Part shown: in pieces, positions 6,509 through 12,791 of the stretch
Position numbering within the stretch: the first letter of the stretch is position 1
Layout: every line of letters begins with the position of its first letter
Source of the DNA: a virus
Taxonomy: Duplodnaviria; Heunggongvirae; Uroviricota; Caudoviricetes
Length of the DNA: 22,366 bases
IMG/VR virus record: IMGVR_UViG_3300006919_000037
Strand: one strand, 5' to 3'
The notes under the pieces: model-generated
Seen by the model: only the letters and a program-made list of their open reading frames with translations
Told to the model about the DNA's origin: nothing
The model's database searches: none
Position numbers and translations under genes: made by a program

Positions 6509-7860
6509 AATTTGGCTCTTTCCCTTACTTCTGCAAATGTTGTGGTGTTCATCATCTTACCGTTTTCATATCTCGTGGTGAATGGACCCGGTTGGATACC
6601 ACCCTTTGAGGCTTTAGAGTGATCGGTCACAGGGTCTTTCACAACATCAAACCACTGTTTGCCATTATATGATGCTGCATTGGTCTTCATTGCAAATGAC
6701 AGATCGTCACGGTTGACCTTCTGGAGCAGGCCACCACCCATACCAAAAGCCCAGTTATCAAGACTGATCTTGTTCAGTTTCATGAATGCAACTGCATATC
6801 TAACGGTCTCAAGTGTGCAACCATCACCCCAGATGGCACGAACACACGGCTCAAACACTTTGTACCCTTTACTATTCACGGTGTACTGATCAAAAGCTCC
6901 CATAATCTCTTCAGATACTTTCAACATACCTTGTGCAATATCACCAGAGTCTGGACGGATCACCAGTGTACCACCAGCAGACCTGACCTTATCTTTCAGC
7001 TTGCCACCCCACCCTTCCTTGATAGCATCCCAGATATTATAGCTATCTGACACACAAGCATAAAGCTTTCCGGGACCGGCATAGGTATCAAGGAAATGTT
7101 CAAACATCTCATACTCACGGTCCCTACCCCAGCATGTCACGGTTGAGTGTTCAGAAGCAGGGATTGAGAACCCGGCCATTTCTTCTTCATAAAATGCATA
7201 TGCACCTTCAACAGCCTCAACAGTGTCTGTACCCATGAAGTTGATCAGGTGGGCCATACCACCCAGCATAGCACTCTCACCAGATGATGCACCACGTCCA
7301 CCGAAGTCATGGAGCTTGAAAGCAATCTGCCCATCCGGATCATCAGATGTATCCTGAAGTCCCTTATAGATGATCTTCTTGACCTCACGTGATACCGTGG
7401 CAACCGTGGATGGATACCAGATTGCACGATGTAGGGCTGTTTCAATAAAGGCTGGCAACCATGGGAATCTTTTATCAGTGTTCCGGACCTGTACCAGTGG
7501 AGTCCCTAACGGCACAACTGAACCCTCATCAATTGCTTCAATGATCAGTGGGAGATGACCTTTGTATTCATTGACAATGACATCCCACGGCTTCCGGTCA
7601 AACGGCACACCATGCATCTTTAATCTTTGCTCTACATAGTCCACATCAATCTTGGTAATTGGTTTGGACAAATATGCCTTCAGATATGCTTGGAGACCGA
7701 AATAAACCATGTCATCAAACGTATCAGACTTTCGGCCTTCCACGTATGAATTCATGTACTTGATTTTCGGATCAATCAGTTGGCCATGACTGTGTTTATA
7801 ACTGTCTGCTGCCATGATAAAATTTGATGGAACTCTGTGTTCCGGATTGTTTATAAGCAT
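6505..7860 (-). CDS. nadV: Nicotinamide phosphoribosyltransferase (NAMPT)
   Basis: DSYKHSH, LHDFGGRG, PASEHS, VSDSY, VIRPDSGD, WGDG, FGMGGGLLQKVNRD and KDPVTD..KASK motifs. Confidence 0.95.
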   Translation of the reverse strand: MLINNPEHRVPSNFIMAADSYKHSHGQLIDPKIKYMNSYVEGRKSDTFDDMVYFGLQAYLKAYLSKPITKIDVDYVEQRLKMHGVPFDRKPWDVIVNEYKGHLPLIIEAIDEGSVVPLGTPLVQVRNTDKRFPWLPAFIETALHRAIWYPSTVATVSREVKKIIYKGLQDTSDDPDGQIAFKLHDFGGRGASSGESAMLGGMAHLINFMGTDTVEAVEGAYAFYEEEMAGFSIPASEHSTVTCWGRDREYEMFEHFLDTYAGPGKLYACVSDSYNIWDAIKEGWGGKLKDKVRSAGGTLVIRPDSGDIAQGMLKVSEEIMGAFDQYTVNSKGYKVFEPCVRAIWGDGCTLETVRYAVAFMKLNKISLDNWAFGMGGGLLQKVNRDDLSFAMKTNAASYNGKQWFDVVKDPVTDHSKASKGGIQPGPFTTRYENGKMMNTTTFAEVRERAKL

Positions 7861-7889
7861 TGTAATATCTCCTATTACGGTTTGTTGTC

Positions 7890-7902
7890 GGGGTCTATCC
7901 CC
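7890..7902 (-). promoter_or_regulatory. GGGG-AUAGA-CCCC hairpin in the nadV leader
   Basis: Same GGATAGACC core as the nadM leader hairpin; loop ends 33 nt before the ATG. Confidence 0.6.
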
Positions 7903-8948
7903 TATAGTTTCACCATGTCATCTATCATATCAAAATGATCCTCATACATTTGAGAACGATCAAGCTCACCAAGAGGAACCCACTCAGCATGGACGGCATC
8001 ATCAGACCCCTTAACCTTTGGCAGTTTCGGTTCATCTCTCAAATGGAAATAAAAGGCTGTTGTGATGGTTCTACCACGTTGTGACCTGTATGGGTCATCA
8101 AAGGTCTTTCTGTCCACCAGTGACCCTATCAGGACCGGTACAGGCACCTTCAGCTTGGTTTCTTCTCTCAACTCCCTGATGGAAGCATCTTTCAGCTTCT
8201 CATACTGGTTGACGAACCCACCGGGCAATGCCCACTGACCTTTACCGGGCATAGCACCCCTCTTGACCAACAGGATATGACCAGATTGCACCACGATGGC
8301 ATCAACCGTGACGAATGTTGGTGGATATGGGGAATGGGACCACTGCTGGTTATAATCGATCAGGTGCTGGTATTCATCCTGAATGAACTCAAACGACTCA
8401 GTACAATCATCCATCCACAACTCTATCCACGTTACAATGGATTTTGGCATGGAGATTTTCGGGGATGGGAACAGACCTCTGACACGGGGATTGAAAATAT
8501 CCTTACGGATATACGTTGCATCCATCACAATGTCTTGCTTGACATTGACGGACCCCCAGCTTGGGAACAGGTTGAGATAGAATGAGGATGAGTCCTTGGA
8601 GTGACCAATGAGACCAATATTGACTGGACCAGCTTTCCATTTCTTATGGATGATGTGGTTTACCTGACCCTGAATAGAGGCCAGCCACTTGTCCAGATTA
8701 TATGTGTAATCTTCTTGGAACACAAACTCCAGACGATGTTCACCTGTAAAAGCATAACAGGATTGAATCATCTCTCGACGTTCCTGTGATGTCCACGGGT
8801 TACGGAATGATCTTGGCTGGTTGTGTGAGCCAAGGACAATTATTACTTTTTCGGAGAGTTCCAGTGCCCGGTCAACAACTGCTTTGTGACCATCATGGAA
8901 AGGTTGGAATCGGCCAATGAAGACCAAATAATCATATTCATAAGACAT
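7902..8948 (-). CDS. nadM: Bifunctional NMN adenylyltransferase / ADP-ribose pyrophosphatase (NadM-Nudix, NatV-like)
   Basis: IGRFQPFHDGH (HxGH), LIGHSKDSSSFYL, and Nudix box GGFVNQYEKLKDASIRELREET. Confidence 0.95.
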   Translation of the reverse strand: MSYEYDYLVFIGRFQPFHDGHKAVVDRALELSEKVIIVLGSHNQPRSFRNPWTSQERREMIQSCYAFTGEHRLEFVFQEDYTYNLDKWLASIQGQVNHIIHKKWKAGPVNIGLIGHSKDSSSFYLNLFPSWGSVNVKQDIVMDATYIRKDIFNPRVRGLFPSPKISMPKSIVTWIELWMDDCTESFEFIQDEYQHLIDYNQQWSHSPYPPTFVTVDAIVVQSGHILLVKRGAMPGKGQWALPGGFVNQYEKLKDASIRELREETKLKVPVPVLIGSLVDRKTFDDPYRSQRGRTITTAFYFHLRDEPKLPKVKGSDDAVHAEWVPLGELDRSQMYEDHFDMIDDMVKL

Positions 8949-8973
8949 CGAAGAATCCCTTCGTTATGTGTTA

Positions 8974-8992
8974 AGACCGGTCTATCCAGTCT
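8974..8992 (-). promoter_or_regulatory. AGACUGG-AUAGA-CCGGUCU hairpin in the nadM leader
   Basis: 7-bp stem including one G-U pair; loop ends 32 nt before the ATG. Confidence 0.6.
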
Positions 8993-8999
8993 GTAAAAT

Positions 9000-9074
9000 T
9001 GGTTGCAGGGGATGGACTTGCACCACCGACCTCTTGATTATGAGTCAAGCAAGCTGCTTCTGCTCTACCCTGCA
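9000..9074 (-). tRNA. tRNA(CAT), initiator-Met-like scaffold, atypical
   Basis: TGCAGGG/CCCTGCA acceptor, A11-U24 pair, GCAACCA end; lacks the three G-C pairs in the anticodon stem; T-loop TGCAAGT. Confidence 0.8.
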
Positions 9075-9082
9075 ATACTGTT

Positions 9083-9158
9083 TGGTGCCGGATCGTGGAA
9101 TCGAACCACGTTAGCATCCTTATGAGGGATGTAAGATCACCATTACCTTCCAACCGGC
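9083..9158 (-). tRNA. tRNA(CAT), probably elongator Met
   Basis: CATCC-CTCATAA-GGATG anticodon arm resembling elongator tRNA-Met; G8 and a U6-U67 mismatch; CCA. Confidence 0.8.
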
Positions 9159-9172
9159 ATCATGTTCTATTC

Positions 9173-9179
9173 TATTTAG
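9173..9179 (-). promoter_or_regulatory. Late-type promoter variant (CTAAATA) upstream of the tRNA(CAT) pair
   Basis: CTAAATA 14 nt upstream of the tRNA 5' end. Confidence 0.45.
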
Positions 9180-9215
9180 TGTCATCATTCAACATATTCA
9201 ATACATAATCAGACA

Positions 9216-9392
9216 TCATCCACTCAACCAATCAAAAAATAACCACACTGGCCAGAAGGTTGCTATGATGAAATCTTTGAACGGATTGCCACCAACGGCA
9301 GAAAATATGGCCCAGACAAAACCAACACTGATAGCATAGAGATGTGTGACCACCAAGATAACCCACCCCCACACTGTTAGATCATACAACAT
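9216..9392 (-). CDS. Small membrane protein, 58 aa, probably 2 TM helices
   Basis: Not in the track. Manual translation MLYDLTVWGWVILVVTHLYAISVGFVWAIFSAVGGNPFKDFIIATFWPVWLFFDWLSG; the start overlaps the 3' end of the upstream ORF. Confidence 0.7.
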   Translation of the reverse strand: MLYDLTVWGWVILVVTHLYAISVGFVWAIFSAVGGNPFKDFIIATFWPVWLFFDWLSG

Positions 9393-9669
9393 TTTCGTGT
9401 TCCTTCACGGCTTCTATGATTTCATCATCATAGAGTTTCATCGGATTAAGGAAAACCATCCGGTAAAACAAGTGTTTGTCATAAGAGACCTTTTCGAATT
9501 TATCACACAATTCCAAGGCATCGGGACGGTATCCCACTGTATTGGGTCTACGAAAAATCGATTTGATAATTATTTTCCTATCTTTTGATGTCAACTCATT
9601 AGATAACAACCCAACGATTCCAACAATTAATCCAAACACAGCAATACCCATGATAATTTCCATAATCAT
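9382..9669 (-). CDS. Hypothetical protein with an N-terminal TM helix
   Basis: IIMGIAVFGLIVGIVGLL hydrophobic segment; AAAGG RBS. Confidence 0.7.
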   Translation of the reverse strand: MIMEIIMGIAVFGLIVGIVGLLSNELTSKDRKIIIKSIFRRPNTVGYRPDALELCDKFEKVSYDKHLFYRMVFLNPMKLYDDEIIEAVKEHENVV

Positions 9670-9682
9670 AACCTTTCAAAAA

Positions 9683-9757
9683 TGGTGCTCCCGACTGGAT
9701 TCGAACCAACAACCAGTCTGTTATGAGCAGACGGCTCTACCATTGAGCTACAGGAGC
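9683..9757 (-). tRNA. tRNA(CAT), probably Ile2 (lysidine type)
   Basis: Canonical cloverleaf; C4-G69 and C5-G68 pairs as in TilS substrates; A73. Identity is inferred. Confidence 0.8.
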
Positions 9758-9769
9758 ATTAAATGTCTT

Positions 9770-9843
9770 TGGTAGTCCCACAGAGATTCGAACTCCGATA
9801 TGTCACTAATCAGGTGACTGCCTTACCCTTAGACGATGGGACC
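9770..9843 (-). tRNA. tRNA-Ile(GAT)
   Basis: GTCAC-CTGATTA-GTGAC anticodon arm; T-arm CGGAG-TTCGAAT-CTCTG; CCA. Confidence 0.85.
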
Positions 9844-9844
9844 A

Positions 9845-10183
9845 TTATTCTTTTTCATCTTCATCAAAGAGAAACGGTGGAACTTTACGTGGCTCAATGG
9901 AACCGGCCCATGCACGTAACATAGAAGCTTTTATCTCATCATTAATTTGTCTATTGAAGAAACGTGAGTGATCTTCCATCTTCTCCCTAATTCTTTTCTC
10001 AGCAGATTTTCCATCCGGATAGTTGATTTTCACACAATGTATGTACAGACCGTCACCCTCATAATCAACATCAGTTTTCCAAAAATTTGGAATGAAACGT
10101 GATTTGTCTCTGTACTGAACCCAATAACAATTAATTTTGGTTTCAGACGGCACTATCCGATATTCACGTTCTTTATACTTCAT
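9845..10183 (-). CDS. Hypothetical protein
   Basis: AAGGAAG RBS before MKYKE; fills the gap between tRNA elements. Confidence 0.7.
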   Translation of the reverse strand: MKYKEREYRIVPSETKINCYWVQYRDKSRFIPNFWKTDVDYEGDGLYIHCVKINYPDGKSAEKRIREKMEDHSRFFNRQINDEIKASMLRAWAGSIEPRKVPPFLFDEDEKE

Positions 10184-10207
10184 GATCAACTTCCTTGGTT
10201 GTGTCTT

Positions 10208-10270
10208 TGGATGGGAATCGAACCCATATTTCCAGAGCTTATCTGACGTTCTACCTTAAGCTTTCACCCT
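10208..10270 (-). pseudogene. Degenerate tRNA-like remnant
   Basis: D-arm-like GCTTAAGGTAGAAC, hairpin TCAGA-TAAGC-TCTGG (5-nt loop), perfect T-arm ATGGG-TTCGATT-CCCAT followed directly by CCA; the 3' acceptor strand is missing. Confidence 0.55.
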
Positions 10271-10298
10271 ACTGTCCGTGCACTCGATTATCAACAGG

Positions 10299-10508
10299 CT
10301 ACTTTGCTATTTTTAAACTACCATCGACATGATCAACCTCTTTATTCAAGGGACAACCTTCCCAAATTTCCTTTTCGGCAACTCTGTGACTGATCACATA
10401 ATCCCATCCACCATTTGGCACCAATCCACAACTGGCTTCTTGTGGATGGTTAATGAAATGAGGACAATCATAACATCGTCTCACTTCTGTTGTCACCGTA
10501 ACCAGCAT
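10299..10508 (-). CDS. Small Cys-rich (CxxCP...C...CPL) hypothetical protein
   Basis: Four Cys arranged as a putative metal-binding site; between tRNA-Phe and the pseudo-tRNA. Confidence 0.65.
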   Translation of the reverse strand: MLVTVTTEVRRCYDCPHFINHPQEASCGLVPNGGWDYVISHRVAEKEIWEGCPLNKEVDHVDGSLKIAK

Positions 10509-10525
10509 AAAACAAAAACCTTTTT

Positions 10526-10601
10526 TGGTGCTTCCCCACAGAATCGAACTGTGACTTTCTGCTCTTCAAACAGACGTGCAGACCGACTACACCAGAGAAG
10601 C
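10526..10601 (-). tRNA. tRNA-Phe(GAA)
   Basis: TCTGT-TTGAAGA-GCAGA anticodon arm; CCA. Confidence 0.88.
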
Positions 10602-10605
10602 ATTC

Positions 10606-10722
10606 TTAATTTCTTACATATAGACCATATGTCTCAACATTCAATGGGTCTTCACCCTCAGATACCTTCTGTTGCTTGACATCACTTGCACCGGCAAAGG
10701 TACGATGTATGCTGTAGACCAC
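10606..10722 (-). CDS. Possible 38-aa ORF (GTG start)
   Basis: GGAAGGA RBS; MVYSIHRTFAGASDVKQQKVSEGEDPLNVETYGLYVRN; lies just downstream of a sigma70-like promoter. Confidence 0.4.
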   Translation of the reverse strand: MVYSIHRTFAGASDVKQQKVSEGEDPLNVETYGLYVRN

Positions 10723-10736
10723 AAAAGGGTCCTTCC

Positions 10737-10766
10737 TGTATACCACAAACATCATTACATTGTCAA
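10737..10766 (-). promoter_or_regulatory. Sigma70-like early promoter
   Basis: TTGACA-N18-TATACA with TGTGG just upstream of the -10. Confidence 0.5.
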
Positions 10767-10789
10767 GCATTTTTATCATCCTGATAGTT

Positions 10790-10863
10790 TGGCAAGGGTA
10801 CGAAGAATCGAACTCCGGTCATCTGGTTTGGAAGCAGATGTGTTACCACTACACTATACCCTC
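10790..10863 (-). tRNA. tRNA-Trp(CCA)
   Basis: Loop TT-CCA-AA, G73 discriminator; C31-C39 mismatch. Confidence 0.82.
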
Positions 10864-10872
10864 ACATAAACT

Positions 10873-10947
10873 TGGTGGGTCGAGGGAATTTCGAAATCCC
10901 GGCCAAGAGTTTAAAAGACTCCTGCTCTGCCTCTGAGCTACCGACCC
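10873..10947 (-). tRNA. tRNA-Lys(TTT)
   Basis: GGAGT-CTTTTAA-ACTCT anticodon arm; CCA. Confidence 0.92.
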
Positions 10948-10957
10948 ATTAATTCTT

Positions 10958-11032
10958 TGGTACACCGGGTGGGGGTCGAACCCACGGCCTTGAGTTTAAG
11001 AGACTCCTGCTCTACCACTGAGCTACCGGTGT
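10958..11032 (-). tRNA. tRNA-Lys(CTT)
   Basis: GGAGT-CTCTTAA-ACTCA anticodon arm; CCA. Confidence 0.92.
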
Positions 11033-11037
11033 ATATT

Positions 11038-11355
11038 TTACTTCCCGTAATTCGTCATCCAATTCAACAGATAATCACGGGCTTCGTATTTGTCAAATCC
11101 AAACTCTTCCTTGAGATATGGACCTGCTCCCATCATATTAGTTTCACCACTACGTCGAAGTGTTTCCAGAAATTCTGCAACATCTGCAACAGTATCTTCA
11201 TCCAACGTCATGATCATCTTCCTTCCAGTTCCATTACAGGCATCACACTTAGGTGACCCATTATGATCGTATTTTCCAGAACCATTACATGCAATACAAC
11301 GATTGTCAAGTTCTTTTTTCGGTTCTCTCTGGACTATACAATCCTTACGTTTCAT
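11038..11355 (-). CDS. Hypothetical protein: DnaJ-type CxxCxGxG zinc-finger pair plus a C-terminal SGETNMMGA domain
   Basis: CIACNGSG and CDACNGTG; start MKRKDC overlaps the upstream stop. Confidence 0.75.
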   Translation of the reverse strand: MKRKDCIVQREPKKELDNRCIACNGSGKYDHNGSPKCDACNGTGRKMIMTLDEDTVADVAEFLETLRRSGETNMMGAGPYLKEEFGFDKYEARDYLLNWMTNYGK

Positions 11356-11536
11356 AATCGTAACCAACCTTTTCCTCAAACATAGTAAAACCAAGTTTGT
11401 TGGCTTCATATTCTGCAATAATCAGATTTATATGTCCACCAGTATTACCCCATTTGGATTGACCAGACCATTTAAGACCTTTTTCCATCATACCCACTGC
11501 AACACCTTTGGGTGCTAACTCAAGCTTAATCTTCAT
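11345..11536 (-). CDS. Hypothetical protein, paralog B of a tandem pair
   Basis: MKIKLELAPKGVAVG...IAEYEANKLGFTMF; AAGGTAG RBS. Confidence 0.8.
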   Translation of the reverse strand: MKIKLELAPKGVAVGMMEKGLKWSGQSKWGNTGGHINLIIAEYEANKLGFTMFEEKVGYDYET

Positions 11537-11714
11537 TATCTACCTTCCAATCAAATAACGTGAAACCAAGTTTGTTGGCTTCATACTCTGCAATCACAGC
11601 AGGTATGGCTGCATCCTTCATCTGAGACTGTGCAACCCACTCACGGGCTTTGGTCATCAGACCCTCTGCAAGACCTACAGGGCACAACTCAAGCTTAATC
11701 TTCATTATCTACCT
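11388..11714. repeat. Direct repeats from a tandem gene duplication
   Basis: 29-bp exact repeat at 11517-11545 and 11686-11714; 32-bp repeat with 1 mismatch at 11388-11419 and 11563-11594. Confidence 0.9.
11526..11705 (-). CDS. Hypothetical protein, paralog A of a tandem pair (59 aa)
   Basis: Not in the track. MKIKLELCPVGLAEGLMTKAREWVAQSQMKDAAIPAVIAEYEANKLGFTLFDWKVDNED; GAGGTAG RBS; clear similarity to 11345-11536. Confidence 0.8.
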   Translation of the reverse strand: MKIKLELCPVGLAEGLMTKAREWVAQSQMKDAAIPAVIAEYEANKLGFTLFDWKVDNED

Positions 11715-11715
11715 C

Positions 11716-11967
11716 TCAGACATAATACGACAGGTTGGACCCATCCTTGAAATCGATGGTGAAACCATCATAAAAATCGTTATGGGCTTCAACCAGTTCA
11801 TACTTCCATTCATCAATGATGGCATGGAATGCACCTGAATGGTGCTGTCCAAGGTGACCTTCCATCTTGGTGTACTTGGCAAGATCAGCAATGGTGACTG
11901 TTCCATCACCGGGTGCTGGTGTTGATACCAAGTGATACCGATTTGCAATATCCTTAACCTTCATCAT
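11716..11967 (-). CDS. Hypothetical protein
   Basis: GAGGTGG RBS before MMKVKD; overlaps the upstream ORF end. Confidence 0.7.
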   Translation of the reverse strand: MMKVKDIANRYHLVSTPAPGDGTVTIADLAKYTKMEGHLGQHHSGAFHAIIDEWKYELVEAHNDFYDGFTIDFKDGSNLSYYV

Positions 11968-12148
11968 CCACCTCTGGGGGATTTTCATAACCCCTCATAT
12001 ATTCCTTCACACATTCTTCCTTCTCAGACCTCATCCCAAAATGACACCCGTAGTGTGCATTGAGACCGGTCAGACGATCCAGTTGACCACGTTCAAACTG
12101 GTCTTGGAGCATCTGCTTTTTGTATGCTTCAAATTCATTATCCATCAT
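11954..12148 (-). CDS. Hypothetical protein
   Basis: AAAGGA RBS before MMDNEF. Confidence 0.7.
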   Translation of the reverse strand: MMDNEFEAYKKQMLQDQFERGQLDRLTGLNAHYGCHFGMRSEKEECVKEYMRGYENPPEVDDEG

Positions 12149-12158
12149 CAATCCTTTC

Positions 12159-12548
12159 TCAGACGAAAAACTTCTCAACAACCTGCTTCAGTTCAGCTTC
12201 ATAGTCTGCATACGACAGACCGAAGTGGAAGCAGATGTAACCACCACCATACCGGAAGTCCATCTCATCAAGGTCTTCCCCATCAAGTATCCACCGGATG
12301 GCATCTTCACGATCCTTTGCACCCAGAGCAATGGTCTTGGTGATCCGGTTTTCGAAGTCGATCCCACGAGCATAGTGGAAGCACTCTTCTTCGTTAATGC
12401 TATCCTGTGCACTTTCTGCAACCTGATCCCAAATGATCTGCTTTTCATCAGCAGACGTTTCTGGGTCATAGAACCGGTGACTACGTGGACGGCTTCCAAA
12501 AGCTTCCTTGTACATGTCACTGAAAATGTTCTCATCAAATGTGTACAT
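12159..12548 (-). CDS. Hypothetical phage protein (SDMYKEAFGSRPR motif), 129 aa
   Basis: First ORF after the sigma70-like promoter; AAGGG RBS. The track's start at 12602 is the TTG of the -35 box. Confidence 0.75.
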   Translation of the reverse strand: MYTFDENIFSDMYKEAFGSRPRSHRFYDPETSADEKQIIWDQVAESAQDSINEEECFHYARGIDFENRITKTIALGAKDREDAIRWILDGEDLDEMDFRYGGGYICFHFGLSYADYEAELKQVVEKFFV

Positions 12549-12574
12549 CGTTTTTTCCCTTTCTCTATGACCCC

Positions 12575-12602
12575 ATAATAGCAGATTGGGAAACTGTGTC
12601 AA
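12575..12602 (-). promoter_or_regulatory. Sigma70-like early promoter
   Basis: TTGACA-N16-TATTAT with TG upstream of the -10, directly after a terminator. Confidence 0.7.
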
Positions 12603-12606
12603 GCAT

Positions 12607-12643
12607 AAAAAAAGCCCCAGTGAGATTTTCTCAACCGGGGCTT
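12607..12643 (-). terminator. Rho-independent terminator
   Basis: GCCCCGGTTGAG-AAAAT-CTCACTGGGGC followed by TTTTTTT. Confidence 0.85.
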
Positions 12644-12665
12644 CTGTATCTGGAAGTTGGGATGC

Positions 12666-12770
12666 TTACAATGCTGTCCCGTCTATTCCTGCACACACAA
12701 AGGCACCGGTCCCGGTTTTGATAAACCAAGGTGATCCAACTATAATAATTGGTTTCATTTTACGTTGCAT
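12666..12770 (-). CDS. Possible 34-aa ORF
   Basis: MQRKMKPIIIVGSPWFIKTGTGAFVCAGIDGTAL, between tRNA-Gly and the terminator; weak AGAGAG RBS. Confidence 0.35.
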   Translation of the reverse strand: MQRKMKPIIIVGSPWFIKTGTGAFVCAGIDGTAL

Positions 12771-12791
12771 TTGTATGTCTCTCTTAAAAAT

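Noticed and set aside
8971-9153. 60-aa minus-strand ORF
   Set aside because: Lies entirely over two tRNA genes.
10790-10863. Reading this tRNA as Gly(TCC)
   Set aside because: Would require a 9-nt loop; G73 and a 7-nt CCA-centred loop favour Trp, and a proper Gly(TCC) exists at 12792.
11388-11714. CRISPR-like mini-array
   Set aside because: The repeats are coding blocks of duplicated genes, non-palindromic, about 170 bp apart; no cas genes.
11709-12538. Alternative-frame minus ORFs 11709-11948 and 12188-12538
   Set aside because: Fully nested in better-supported ORFs that have RBSs.
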